DNA of 64,000 nucleotides from Laetmonice hystrix (GCA_965235115.1 OZ249436.1:16122001-16186000); one strand, 5' to 3'; numbered from the stretch's first letter, positions 1 through 14,900 are shown. The notes: generated from the sequence alone by a model not told the origin. Program-made: numbers and translations.

Positions 1-97
1 GTTATGCTGCGTTTACCTGCGCTTGTTATCTGCGTTTTCTTGGGTTTTTGAAAACGCAAGTAAACGCAGGACAAAAGACGCAAGTGGGAGAGGGGCT
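1..97. mobile_element. End of a PIF/Harbinger-like non-autonomous element (truncated by window edge)
   Basis: Internal inverted tgcgttt/aaacgca motifs ending in caagtgggagaggggc, a Harbinger-like terminus. Confidence 0.4.
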
Positions 98-2908
98 TTC
101 TTTACTGAAATAATACTGCTTACAAACGTAATGGTTTTAATGAGGCAAGAAGAATCGCGGGTATGTTACCACAAGTATTGATTTTTGAGTACCGCATGCA
201 TGGCAGGACAAATCGAAGGTGAATTGGCAAAGAAGAGCCGCCTTAAAGCAGTATTTGTTTGCAATATAAAAAATACGATGAGTGTAATTGGAAAGAATGA
301 TCGAAGTCGCATGAAACTCTTTTATGATGTACCAGAGCTTGGCAGACCATAATCATAAAGTGTCCCCATGCAGGATGAGTAGTAAGAAGGAGTCGGAAAG
401 ATTCCTTTATTATAGCTCCGAGACATCGTAACGCTATACTATATTGATTACCAAAAATATTAGCGAATATATGTACGGATAGGTATACGTGTGACGGTGT
501 AACCAGCTTAGGTCCGCTTTTCTGTATGGTGTACATAAACTTCCAACAAGCCATTGATCTTGTCGGTAGAGTGGGACTGTTTGTACTGGTGTGATCATTA
601 GCCAGCCACGTATCGGTACCATCTTTTAGTGACACAGCTCTAGGAAGGTCGTGTACGATTGGGACGTAGAGCTCTTCAAATATGTAATTTTAAAAGTAGA
701 GCCCATATGGAGCTTCAGTTCTCCATTAAATGTCCCAGCACCAAGCCGTACGTATTAACTATTAGGCGTCTATAATCATCGCTGGCGGTATTTGTATGAC
801 AGATTCTTTGACTGTGGTTCACTAGTCAATTGTTGACTCACTGACATGTAAGTCATCCTGAGGATTTCCCTCTTAATGACACACCTACTTTGTGCTAATA
901 TTGCTGGGTCAATCTGGTTTAAAACATATTGGTACAGTGAACTGACTCAACTCCCGATATCAAAATTTTCCCACGGTAAAGATGGTACTGGGTCTATGTC
1001 AGCACTGTTTCATAATTTTTTTATACGGGCAGAAAGCTCAATGATGGGAAGATCCATGTAGCCTACTTATTGTCACAGTAATTCCAAGGACTCGTAAAAT
1101 GGGGTATTGTTCAACCCTTTTGATTAAAAAAACGTTAGTCTCGCAGAATAAAGGGGCAGCCAGGGCACTCCAGGGCAGTGTCGTATTGCTGTGGACAGCC
1201 GGGTGAGGTTCACACACGGTATTGTTTGAACCTGTCGCTTGATTGTATGACCAGACTGTTTCTTCAGCTTCAGTCTACAGCTGCACGTATTCCAGTATAC
1301 TTGCTTCATCGTGTAGTTTTCAGTTCAAGTAATATAACGAGCCATCACAGTTAGGGGAGCTGTACAATTTGAGTTTCTGTCAGTTTGGCAGACATAGAGG
1401 CGCCAGGTCGGGCTCAGGTGGGAACCTCGATGTACCAGGAAATCCCCAACCGCGCACACTGGGTTTCCCCCAGTGTCAGGCTTGCCGGGAGTGGGGGCGG
1501 TGAACGGGGCTTACTGATCGAGTCAGACAAGGATGCTCTCACTGTCTGTATGAATTAAACACAACAACGAATATGACCCTGAAACACGTGGACATCATCT
1601 GTTTCTGCATCACGTCAGCTACAATATGCCCACAGATACAAATGCTGACTGACAGAGTGAACGTGTAGGTTGGCCTTGCATTACCTGTATAGTGCCAGTG
1701 GTACCGGTATATGACGCCGATGCATGGTCCGTGTGACTACAAGCCAAAAACTAAAAGTCAATGGCAGAACTTTCTAAATACTTGACTGAGTGTCGTCCCA
1801 GTTGCCTAACACAGAGGCAATCTAAATATACTATCTTAGTCGGTTGTTTTAATGTAGCACAACCATAACGTTGTAATGTAGAACTTGTAATAGCGCGTAC
1901 GTTTTCATGCGATCTTAGGACGAACTGCTGTAAACGGTACTTTAATTCCTGCACGTTTCTTTCTATTAGATGACGTCTATCATAAAATTCAGCACTGCTC
2001 TACAACATGGAAACCACTGTTGGATCTTTGCACTTACTCCGCGAGTGTGCATGGAGACCTGAAGAAGAGCGGTTCGTTACTTATTTGACTGCCCTGACCT
2101 TTCTTTTCTTTTCGTTTTCGCTTTCCTCCTCCATTATGATCACATGATGGTAGGCCCTATGTTCTGGCCCTGACGGTGGTCTCAGATGCAGACATGCCAT
2201 AAAACCACCAATCACTGAACCGCTGTGAAGAGACTTCATACTTGGCATGAATGAGAGTGGTCTCCTACGACATTGTTCTGCTTTGCTAAGTTCCTCGACA
2301 CTGAATGTGTATTGATCGGTACTGGTTAATCCTAAGGCAAGTGTCTGTATGAAGGTCAAAGTGACATTGAGACCTATTCAATGCGAGCTCTGGCAGAGCG
2401 TTCATGTGTTGGACAACACACACCTGCGGCCCTTGATCTAGGTTTATATACATACATGCCCTATAGAGTTAGTCCTGCGACACTCTAAGGATGGGATATA
2501 TCGCATTGCTTTCTTCTGTTGTATAAATGTTATGCAGGTGGTAGAACGAGTATTCTCACACTCACAGGCATATCGATAGTGAAGTTTGTCTCATTATGCG
2601 TTTACTGACTTCAAGTGATAAAATATAGGCCTACCAATATATTGCGAATAACCAGAAGTTATCAGAAATAAAGTTATATTTCAGTATTAGTCAACAGGGC
2701 AGTCAAAGACTTTTGAATGTATTATCTTCCGGAAGGACTTTATTTCAAAAGTTACATGCGTTCCTTCTATAGACTCAGGGGGCACGGGATACGCTTGTAT
2801 TTCGATCTTATATAGGCCCAGTCAGTCAGCATTCTTTTTTGCTCAACTGCTTTCTTTAGAGGGCACAAATTCTGTTATTTATCTCTTTACATCTTTGTCA
2901 TTTTCCAG

Positions 2909-5900
2909 GGCATTCCTTACTACAGATTGCCGAAGTACATAAGGAAATCAACACTCAGGTCATAGATAATGTAAGTATAACTTAAGAGGTTCAGAAAAAC
3001 GGCTCAGTTAACCGTAAATATGTTTTGGTAATGCTTAAAAGTGATAATTGTAGGATGAATCATCCATTAAAGGTACAATTATGTATAATCCCAGAAGGAA
3101 ATGCTATTGGTAAGTTGTGTGTATTGCCCAGCAACTATTTCGTGACATAACTGAAACTCATTAGTACGATTCGTTACAATTTACATTCTGTGAAGACCAC
3201 CTCACTCTATCAGTATGGGAGGGATAGCACCCTCCCGTCCCCCGCTTTAGGTAGGCCCTTATACCCTTTTGTTTCTGTGACAGGCCTGGGGGTATCGTGT
3301 CGAGTTAGATGGAGCAAGTGGTAGCTGACACGCTCCACAGTTTGCATGCATGTTCTAACAGTCATGCACCAAAAATGTGGACTCTTCAATGACTTGAGTT
3401 CTTTCCCTTAAAAAGAATTAAAGCTGTGAACAACGGTACCCCCCCCCCCCCCGGGCCCAATATCTCTAGGGTTGTAACATGTTCTATGACACCTGCTAGC
3501 AATAACATGCAATCTTTGGTTATAATATTCACGCAAACAAATGATAAGAGACAATACAACGCTGGATGAGTGAACAAAACCCTAGTGGGCTGTAGCCAAG
3601 AGTCAGTCCTGTTTTCCCTATAGAGGTTTATTAATTGCGATAAGGCTTCATTTGTTTGACATTAGTTTGTTTGAAGCAGGTGAGATCCAGTTGATTGGCA
3701 AACCATCGATCTTTTTATGATTTCGCGATGTTTCTCTTATTAAAGTCGCATAAAACATCTTTGGTATTCTGTCACTGTCTTATATTTATAATCATTATAA
3801 TTAACAAGGTGTCGCTAAACATGTGATTTATATCTCAAGTGTCAAAAGTATCGGTATATAACTACGATAAACCAGATTACTTTCTTCATTCGATTATAGA
3901 CAGCATCACCTTGACCTACAAAAACGGAGAATATGGGTATCAATCAGCGTGTTACCGTTCTAGTAGATTAATATCATTGGATTTCTATCGATGTGGACGT
4001 ATGGAAATGAAAGGTTTCACCTCATATGTCAAGTTTATTGAGCTAGGGTATTGTTATGGGATGCTGGTAGCACAATGATTTCGTATCGGAGAATCGGACC
4101 GTCATGAGTCATAAGAAGGACTCAGGTATAGCTTCAGCTTGATACCGCGCACCTGTTTGTATAGATGATTAGGTATCATTATGCTCTTCATGTCCTACCT
4201 GTATTTGGAAATTCCCAGGCTGATTTCGTGACATGAACATCTTTTTAATTATTCGTACGCATGTATGCCCTTTTCGTGTTTACAGTATGTCTCATGCTAG
4301 GCTTACCTTGACTTGAAAGATATCCTCTTCACCCATTTTTCGTTCTCCTACGGTTTTTCCAGATAAAGTCTTTCCATGCAGAGTTGCTAATACCAATGGA
4401 AACGAAGCAGGATAATGAATTCAAGCAAATTGCTGTAAGTAGCAAATGAATACTCATTCAAGGTTTGGAGAGGACAGGCGATGTCTAAAACTGACAGATT
4501 ACTTCTACAAACCAAATTTTTAAAGTCCGTTGTGCAAATGAATGTAATAATGCAGGAAAATGGTTACCCGATACCAACAACACTATTGTTAAATGTGGCT
4601 TCCTGAACATTTAAACAGTAATTCAGACTAGTCGCATTCATTGGAATATTCTAATACTGTTGGTCGGCTCCTATGTTCTCCTAGAACATCCATAAAAAGT
4701 ACCTGGCGGGACATAAATATCACACAGGACCACTGGAAAAAGCTCAGTCGGTTCTAAAGAAGCACCGAAAGAAGAGCAAGTCTGCCAAGTATGGCTTTGA
4801 TCAAAAGGATTTACAGGTAAGATATAAATATCAATTGCCGATCATGGGGACCTAGACTATATGGAGCAGGTAACACTCGTTAGGTTAGGAAGGACATTCT
4901 CTCTGTACAACTGAAGTGAAGTTTGTGACCAAATAAAGCCATAGCATTGGCGTATAGTTGTGATGATGAGTAGTCAAATATGCAAAGTACACATAGGCCT
5001 ACATAGATGTAAGTTCTCTTTGATATCACCGTTATTCATCACACACCATGGGGCAGGGTGACAGATTGTGTTTTTAGTTTAAATGGTAATGTCTTTTTCA
5101 CTTAGCCGTTTGTATTAGGAGAGTGTAAGAATAAGAGATGTTTCTTTCAGTATGCACGAGATGTACGAGAATGTCAAATTAAACTTGATGAGTACAGGAT
5201 GCAGAACCTCAGACAGGTAGGATATCCTTCTCTATGGCTAATGTATTTTTATATATTTAACCTAGTTCTGTTTTCTTTTTTTGTATAACGGCATATCAAA
5301 AAGGTTTTTGTTTGTCCATTTCCTGAGAATACCCTAGAACCTACTGGTTGTAATGATGCTTAAATTATATTGTTTTACAAACTGTGACATAGGCTAGCAT
5401 TTACTCTATATCCATCTTTATGACAGGCGCTGATGGAAGAGAGGAAACGGTACACCTTTTTATTAGACAGAGTCTGCGCAATGGTCAGAAACTACGCTTC
5501 ACATCACAGCAAGGTAAGCACTGGTCATGAGCTCATGTCAAATAATACCCGCACGCTTTCCTGGGGGACATGTTTTGGATGTATGTCGGCTATTACTAAG
5601 ACAGTTAGACTAGGCCTAAGACTGGGACAGCTGGGGGGCAGGCATTGGCCCCCGGGACGGCAAAGGGCGCCTGAGACCTTGGTCACTTCGCCTCTGGCTT
5701 TTATTTTGGCCTACCCAGGAACTACAAATATTCTTTGAATTGGAGTTCGCAAAACTGTGACTGATTAATGGCTTTTGTATGTCATAGAAATTATTGATAC
5801 AAGTTCAGCATTGTATGGAGCCGTCCATCAAAACTAAGACATTAAAAACTGCCAGGCGGGGGCGCTCACCCGTACCCTCCTTTATTGCCTGTCATGACGC

Positions 5901-8900
5901 CCATGAGGGCATTGAATTCATCATAGTAATGATGAAAAAGTTATGTTGCATTTGACTTGTTGCAGGCACAGGAATTGCTGACACACCGACTTCAAGAATG
6001 GTCAGACTTGTGTAAGAATCCCCACTCACTGCCAGAATCCTCGGAGCACGTCATACATTCCTTCAAGATTCATCATGTAAGTTGGCACTCTCTTTCTCTC
6101 TCTTCGTGATAGCAAGAGGCAATGAATGATTTGTAGGCCTATCTGCTAGTGCCCACTAGGGATTTGTGTTTCTTTCCCTGAAATTTCTGTTGTATGTTGG
6201 TTTGACCTGGTAGGAGGACGTCTACAACAGTCCTGATGACATGCGGGGTAACCATGACTACGCGGATCCGTCCAATCACGACAACGTGAGCATGACGTAC
6301 GGTACGTCCCCACCTCCCAGCCTTACCTACGGAACGTCGGCTGCCAACATTTACCACACCAACCACGAATCAGATTACGGCGGTAAGGCCGATTCAAGTT
6401 TCAAACCAGACATGACATTCACCATTACTACTTTGCCAACTTGGCTTCGCATACTTAATTAGATCCTTGGTAGTGACCCAGAAACAAATTCCTAACTTTG
6501 GGATACAAAATAGACTAGGCCTATATTATGAATTTGTTAGCCAAATTTCTAAATATTGATAAAATGCATAGTGTGCTTGAATTGAAATTATCATCCTATG
6601 TTTGTATTAATTTGGTATTAGTACTGGTTTTCTGCCTTTAATTACACCTTGCATTGCGTCTAATAGTGTTCATAATTTGGTGTTATAGTTTCGCGCGGAC
6701 TAACAGGTCCGAAAACTCCTTCTAAGAAAGTTCAACAAGTACGGGCATTATACAATCATCATGGAAACAATGAAACGCAACTCAACTTTGTAGAAGGAGA
6801 CATTATAACACTGATAGGGGAAAAACGCGATGGTTGGCACTATGGGGAGAACACCTCTACAAACAGGTTGGTACAGGCCCTATATGTATACTATTTCACA
6901 AGGGCAATACAAGTCAATAGTCCTATTCAATCTAAGTGCTTCATAGCCTATAATTTCGACTGTACGGTTCCTGATGCAGGTGGAAACAACAGTCAGGCTT
7001 GTAATGGGCGTGATCCACTTGCGTTGCGATGCTTCCGATTCACCCCTTGCGCGGTCTTACGAGCTCTTCCGAGGAAAATATTCCAAATCGGGAATGCACG
7101 CAAGCATTTTAAGTGAATCGCATTCCGAGCGTTCACGAGTGTTCCGAGGGCTTCAGACGTCTTACGAGTGCCAGAGCGCTCTCGGGACCTCCTTCCGAGC
7201 AGATCAAAATGTTAGATATTATCGGAAGAGTGCATAGTGCGCGTGGCCTCGCGTAAGATATCGGAAGATGCATAAAGAGTTTGTAAGCACTCGAAAGAGC
7301 GCAGAAGGTCTAAAGCGAACCCAAAAACTTCTTCCATTTCTTGTTCCTCACCTTCGGCCAAAAAGGCGAAGGTGAGGGCAATTAGTCCGACCTCCTCGGG
7401 CTCCATTTTGATGTCCTCTGCCAATCTGAAGCATAAAGAGTTTGTAAGCACTCGAAAGAGCGCAGAAGGTCTAAAGCGAACCCAAAAACTTCTTCCATTT
7501 CTTGTTCCTCACCTTCGGCCAAAAAGGCGAAGGTGAGGGCAATTAGTCCGACCTCCTCGGGCTCCATTTTGATGTCCTCTGACAATCTGAAGAGCTCTTA
7601 AGACCCTACAAGTGGATTATACTTTTCGATTTTCTTACGAGTGCTTACGCGGGTTACGCAAGCCTACGATTCCTTACGCGGCTTTACGAGAACTTTTACG
7701 TACTTCCGAAGCTTCCGAGAGAGAAATATCGTAGACGCGCGGAAGCCATCGCAACGCAAGTGGATCACGTCCATAGGTCTGTCAACATCCTCTGGCTTGC
7801 AAGTGATTTGTTATACGGGTGAACTATTAATTTGATTGGAGCAACTTAAAGAAAAAAAGTGTCATGTATGTTTTCTCTGTTTATGTTTTTTTCCTCAAAG
7901 AATGGGATGGTTTCCTATTACTTTCACTGAACGTGTGGACACTGGAGGAACGCCAAAGTAAGTTATAGAAAGAAATCTGATTAACATTCAAAAAACACTG
8001 TAGTACAGGTAGATCGTCGCATACATTTCTACAGGGGCCGACTTGTACGTCTTCCTCACACTAACCCATGCACACTAACATGTACTTCAGGTTTGTACAG
8101 GGGTAGTTAGTTCATGTTAAGTTATTGCTGTAGTTTTATCCCTAGATGATAACTGTAGACATACGATAGCACAGATATATAAGATCTAATATAATAAGGT
8201 AAAACGTTTAGGCAATGCATGCAGTTCCTTAGTACGGTGGCTGGGAAAGGATATGCAATACAAAATTTTTCGTTATCCCGACTTTTTTCTGTTTTCGCGA
8301 CTTTTTACTTCCGTTTTCCTGACTTTTCACTTCCGTTTTCCTGACTTTTTCACTTCCGTTTTCCCGACTTTTCACTTCCGTTTTCCTGACTTTTTTGCAT
8401 TTTGTTGAAATTTTTTTTTTTCATTTTCCCGACTTTTGATTTTCCCGACTTTTTTTTAAACAACAACAAATATTTTTTTAGTTTTCCCGATTTTTCACTT
8501 CCGTTTTCCTGACTTTTCACTTCCGTTTTCCTGACTTTAACAAACTGCAAGAAAGTCAGGACAACGGAAGTGCAAATTCGGGAAAACGGAAGTGACAAGT
8601 TGGAAAAACGGAAGTGAAAAGTCAGGAAAACGAAAAATATTTTTCTTTGCTGAAAAAAGTCGGGAAAATGAAAAGTTGGGAAATTGAAAAAATATTTTAT
8701 TACATGACCTTTCCCAGCTACCGTACCTCAGAGTGAAAATATATGGCTAACATGGAGTTTTTAGAACAACGCAAAGCGGCCAAATTAAAGTATTAGACAC
8801 CGATGTACAGAAGATCATTTATGCTTTAAAGTGTTTATGTATTTTAACAACTAACAGCTGAGTTTGTGTCCTTTCAGTTTTGGACACCAGAGGGTGCGTA

Positions 8901-11900
8901 GCCTTGGCAACTTGGCTGATATGGCTAGTTACCCCGGTGGTGCTAACGGTGACATGGGGGACCCCCCTGATGGCATGGCTGACTATGGCAATGACATGGG
9001 AACCCTGCATCGTAGCAATACCATCACGGAGAGACCCATTTCGATGTATGCCAGTAGGCAATCTGTCGGTCAGGCCCAGTCCCAGAACAAGGTAACCCCA
9101 GCACGTGGCCCAATCTGCGTGAGGGCCTATGGTGGGCCCAAGAAGGCGGTCATCAGACTATGATCATGTCTCAACGTCTCACTCAAAAACATACTTCATT
9201 TAAAAAAAATAAATTTAAATTCAGGTTTTTCACGCCCATTCCTATCGTTATTAAAAATTTGGCTTTATTTGCGAGAAATGGGTTGGACGCCTGGAGCTGC
9301 CCTATCAGTAGTAACAAGGGGTTTAATTATCCCATCCCCTACGGAGGGGATGGGATTTAGAAATTGTGTGGTTTCGTCTTCTGTATTATTTTTGGCGTCG
9401 TAGTTGTAGTAGTAGTAGTAGTAGTAAACTTGTATGTCTATCTCAGTCAATTTTCAAAATATCGAAATGAAATTTGGCACACATCTTGACAATGACGAAG
9501 TATGGTCAGGCATCGAATCCTGACGTCATTTGACGTCACGTCATAACGTGATGACGTCAAACGTATTATGAAAATTGAAGCCATTTTTAAGCTCATATTG
9601 GGAATTTTTTTAAAAACCCGTCATGGCCTCATAATCGGCCATAGGTGCTGCCTCAATTTGAGTCTTGATTTGACCTTTGACCTTTGACCTTAGGGTGAAC
9701 TGGGTCATTGGTCACAAATCAGTTAAATTGCTTCTCCTTTTCTATTTTTTGGTAAAATTCGACAATATTCGGCAGAAACACTCTCTAACGAAAGGTTCAC
9801 AATACGATTCCAAGGATTAGCGATTTGACCTATTTTTACCGAACCACGTGACTTTGAAGTTTGTCACTTTTGACATTTTTTTCTAAAACTGCTTTAGTCA
9901 TATAGGAATCGTGTATTTGGTCAATAGATATGTGCTGCTATTGACGATTGATCACTTTGCATATTTCTTTTCATAAATTTACCAATATCTTTTTTATTTA
10001 TGATGAAATAATGTAATCTGACGTTGACAGGCTCTACCTTAAACCTGTTTAAGATAGCCATATACAAATACAACAATTACAAAGTGTATAGATTCAGGTA
10101 TACCACTGGCTGTTTAGTTCTTGTTTTGGAAAGGTAATATGGCCAGAATTGTAAGTTTTAATGGGTATAGTCTTCACAATAATATTTTTGCCGTCTGACT
10201 GTTGGCATCTCTGAATACACAGATCTCCCACTGTGATGCGGCCGCCGGTCCCTGGCCAGGCCGGGAGAGAGTTACGTAAGTGCTGGTGATAAGGGCCGGC
10301 CGGCCGGCCTACTCCCCCTCCCTCCCAGTGAGGGAGGAATATGATTGTGTATTCAGGTTCTATCCCCCATGATAACTTTCCACGAAATGTTTGGGCAGGG
10401 GTTAGGGTTAATATCAGGGATAGGGGTAGGGTAGGGATATGTTTTGGGGAGGTGTAGGAACTGGGGTTAGGGGTTAGGGGTTAGGGATAAGGTCAGGGCC
10501 ATGAATCTTTCCTTTCCACCAAATTTCGTGGAGTTTAAGTTATCATGGGCGATATACCTGTATTCAGAACTGACTTAGCTGTGCCTTTGAACTGTAGGTG
10601 TAACTGCCTAATGCATTTGTTTTTGAATCTTATGTAGGAGAGCTGAATAAAACAATACTACTGATTGTTGGTTGTGGAGTTCAAGTGACACGACAAGCTT
10701 TTGGTCAGCTGCACTTGGTTTAGCCTGAGCCAACAGTCTGGTGTGGATGACATTCGCACCTATTGGTAAAGTTTCATGATGTATGACTACGTGTTGGCTA
10801 AATGGCGAGAGATAGAAGTGAACGAACGGTGTGCACAGTAGACAGGTATGCAGTCGTCCTGGCGAGCAGCACACACAATAGATGCAGCAATCACTTGAGC
10901 GGGTCTGCGGAAGGGAGAAGGGGAACGCTCTGTGAGAAATACTTAAGGACTGTTTATAGAAGAGGTACCTTCTCAGTCATATAACATGCCAGCCATAGGG
11001 CGGCAGCTCTCAATCAGAGGAGCCGGTCAGGGGGCGGTCAGTTAATTGGACGTGGGCCACCGGCCAATGACCAGTGACCATCCTTTAAACTGGGACTGGG
11101 GCAAAAACGGGAACGAGGGGATATATGAGAGCACCAAGAGAGAGAGAGAGAGAGACTAGGGGAGAAGGAGCAGAGAAAGGACAGAGATATAGATTTGTCT
11201 ATGAGGAACATATAGACACTGACTGCCTAGTGACATATTGGTCGAAGCGGGACAACCGTGTGCCTCAGGAATAAAAGCTTCAAAACTCAAGCGACGACTC
11301 TACTACCAAGAAGAAATGTTAACAAGGGTGAAGAGAAAATTAGCACTGTAATTAGACACATTGAACTGTTATGTTATGAGGCTATCATTTTTGTATAATA
11401 CTAAAATATATAGGAAAGCACTTTTCAGTGCACAAGTCAACTTGCCATGGGCAGATGCGCCCAGAAAAAAATGAGTGCCGGGCGGTAGTTTTCCGCTAGC
11501 AGCGAAGGCGCAAGGTTTTCAGTTGGCAAGGGGTGCAGATGGGGAGATATTTTTTCAGATGATAGGCCTGATAAAAATTCCTGCCGGGCAGCACTTAAAC
11601 CATTTTAGTTTTGTGCCAGGCGGCTAAAATCGGTGCCGGGTGGCGCCGCCCGGCGCCGCCCGGCGTGGGCACATCCCTCTATACCCCCACTCTTTCTTTT
11701 TGAAGAATTGACAAAAAATTATTGTTAGGCTAGCCACGGGTCCAGGATTTTCAGCAGAGGGGTCTCGGGAAATCTTAAAAAATTAAAAGCTCTTATAAAA
11801 CGATTTTCCGCCTTTTAGGGCCATTTTAGGGCATTATATTTTGTGGATTCATCACTCAACTAGTTGAAAATAGCCGGAATGCTTTGCACCTGTTCGTTCC

Positions 11901-14900
11901 GTGTTGAAGGGAAAAAGAATCTATGTTCTGGCGGAGAATGGGGTCTACCGACACGCGCCTTAAATACTTTGAGAAACTTTACATCTATCTCCAGAAATAG
12001 CGTTTTTTGACCTTCTAAATTCCAGCAAAGAACCTCGATACCTGGATCTGTGCATGCCTGCGGGAGGAGCATGACGTTATGATGTTATCATTATTTCTTC
12101 AGCCTATAACTTGTAAACGGTGCAAGATGGAGCCATGGTTACTATTGAACAGGAATAGGAAGTCATATACATTGTATGCTCTTTCAATTGACACCAAGAT
12201 TTATGATGTAATGTATCATTATTATGTCATAATGATGCCATTGACATCTTCGAAGGTTTCTAAATCCTAAACCATTCAAGATAGAGCAATGGTTACCATT
12301 TAACCCTAATAGGAAGTCATATATGATCTTTCACTTGACATTTTTTTAGGTATTTTTCTCAGGGCTATAACTTGTAAATGGTAGAAGTTAGAGCTATAGT
12401 TACTATTAAACAGTAATAGGAAGTCATATAGCCTACATGCTCTTTCATTTGAGACCAAGATTCATTACATAGTATGACGTGTCACCTCATAATTACGTCA
12501 TTGGCATCTTCTAAAGCTTATAGGTCATTAACTGTGCAAGATCGAGCCATAGTTTACCCTACTCAGAACATGTCATATATCACGTGACTCCCCGGGGATG
12601 GGATCAATTGTGGTATCGCCACAACGTGTCTAGTTCAGTTTGATGCAGCCTTACGTCCACTGTAGGACCTCTGTACCAACTACCAGTCAGAATGTAGTGT
12701 GTTGTCTGTTTATTCCGAACACGTGGCGCTCAATACTGGTATAGATACCTCAGGTAAGAGTTTCCTACATCAGCGAGCAATGAGTATTCTGCCGGAAAGC
12801 TTGGGGCAGTCTCAAAGTAGATACCGCGGTAATTGTCGTAAAAAGGTCTGTGTGATGGGCATGTTGCATGGTTTCAAGTGCATCTTTACAGGTAATTCGC
12901 CGTAATACTATGTTACTATGCTTAATGTAATTAAAGGTAAAAAGCTTAACGGTAGCGCGTGAGTACTATAGAAATATTACTTGTACTTTGTTGAACGTCC
13001 GAGATAAGTTAATCGTCGGGGAGCTGGACTTGGGGAGGTAAGGTGCAAGCTGAGCTTTATATGTAGCCTACTTTTTGCTTTCCTGTGCTATGTTTGGTTA
13101 TGTGTTTGTGTTTATCTGTTTTGTAGGTCCTGACTTTATTTGGTTCACCACAGTTTTTGTGGCGTAAAAGTTTTAATAAGGTATGTTTCCGGGAAATGGT
13201 ACTTAATCCACCCACTCCCATCCCAATACCGGTAATACAGCTGATTATAGATCCTGTTTCTGCCCTAACGTAGTTATAAACCATCCTAATTATTAACATG
13301 ATCGTGCACGTGACAACTGAAGTTAAGAGACACACGTGGCCATCTCATATTCAATATGGACATTATACATGAGTCAACGGATGAGATAGCTTGATGGAGA
13401 ATTATTGGAGATATTGATAGAAGAAAAGAGCTGTAAGATTAGACGAGGACCCTGTCCGTGGTGTATATAGGTCTATCCCTTTTTGTAGACATCCGCGTGT
13501 GGTGGCATATACCATATAATCGTAGTTAGTGCATGATAGCATCAGTTACGCATTTGGATAACCATGCTTGCATGCAAGACAAGATAATAGTTTGTGCTAC
13601 AGGATTATGCGTCATTTTGTAAATGAGCTTCTTAGTTAGGCCTAGTACCGCTAGTACGTGGAATGTTATAATTCTGAGTATAGGAGGAATTAACAAGAAA
13701 CATTCAAAATGATGCCAGATGGAATCTCACAAAATACGACCACCTCTGGGATTGGCCGAAAGTTGTCTTAATTCTGCGGTGGTCGCAATTCTGAAATTTG
13801 GCCTGGACTAGGAAGGGCCATGGGTATATCATTTGGCCTGGATTAGGAAGGGCCATGGGTATATCATTTGGCCTGGATTAGGAAGGGCCATGGGTATATC
13901 ATTTGGCCTGGATTAGGAAGGGTCATGGGTATATCATTTGGCCTGGATTAGGAAGGGCCATGGGTATATCATTTGGCCTGGATTAGGAAGGGTCATGGGT
14001 ATATCATTTGGCCATGGATTAGGAAGGGCCATGGGTATATCATTTGGCCTGGATTAGGAAGGGTCATGGGTATATCATTTGGCCTGGATTAGGAAGGGCC
14101 ACACATGGGCATATCATTTGGCCTGGATTAAGAAGGGCCATGGGTATATCATTTGACCTGGATTAGGAAGGGCCATAACTAATATATCAGCATATATCAG
14201 TTAAGGATGCAATAAACAAAGGTTCATAATTTATTTACATACATGTGGGCCTCTTATATCCTTGTTCAGTGTTTATTTGCATTAAGAGAAAGACAAACTT
14301 GAAACAAACTTGGGAATAACTGAAAACTATGACAAGTCGGAGTTGGATGAACAGGAACGAGTGTGTGGGATACAAAAATCTGTCTCGTTTTATAGTCATG
14401 ACTTAAGTAGGGCCTAGTTGGACAGAAGCACCTCTGGCCATTAATGCAAGTCGCACCTCCCATCGTCTTCGTAAAGTCTCGACACACACTGCCGTTAAGT
14501 ACTCAGTCTGGTCACTGGTCGTAATTGTGAGGCTGAATTCAATATGGGACTGAAATAAGTGGTCGTAAAAGTGTATTCCGAGGTGGTCGTATTCCTGAAA
14601 CTTAAATGCATTGAACATATAATTTTGGGACTACTCGAAAGTGGTCGTATTTTTTAGGTGGTCTTTGTTCTGAGGTGGTCAATAAGTGAGGTTCCACTGT
14701 ACATAATATGGTATGAGAGAGGGGAAGTGAAACGGGAATGTATGCCTAATATAGGCCAAATAATTAATGGCCAAAGACATATTGATTGGATGAAGGACCG
14801 ATTCACTTTGGGTTATTACACTTCGGCTATGACGCACATATTATATAATATCTCCGTCCGTATATAGGGTCTTATATGCTGTATACGTCATGAACCTATT

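Noticed and set aside
8350..8598. Lys-rich 82-aa ORF
   Set aside because: Translation of a 21-22-bp repeat array inside a MITE.
10599..11308. Solo LTR as a firm feature
   Set aside because: LTR-like hallmarks are present, but no target duplication could be matched; it is mentioned only as possible cargo.
13797..14177. 35-bp repeats as a CRISPR array
   Set aside because: Head-to-tail units with no unique spacers, a eukaryotic intron context and no cas genes.
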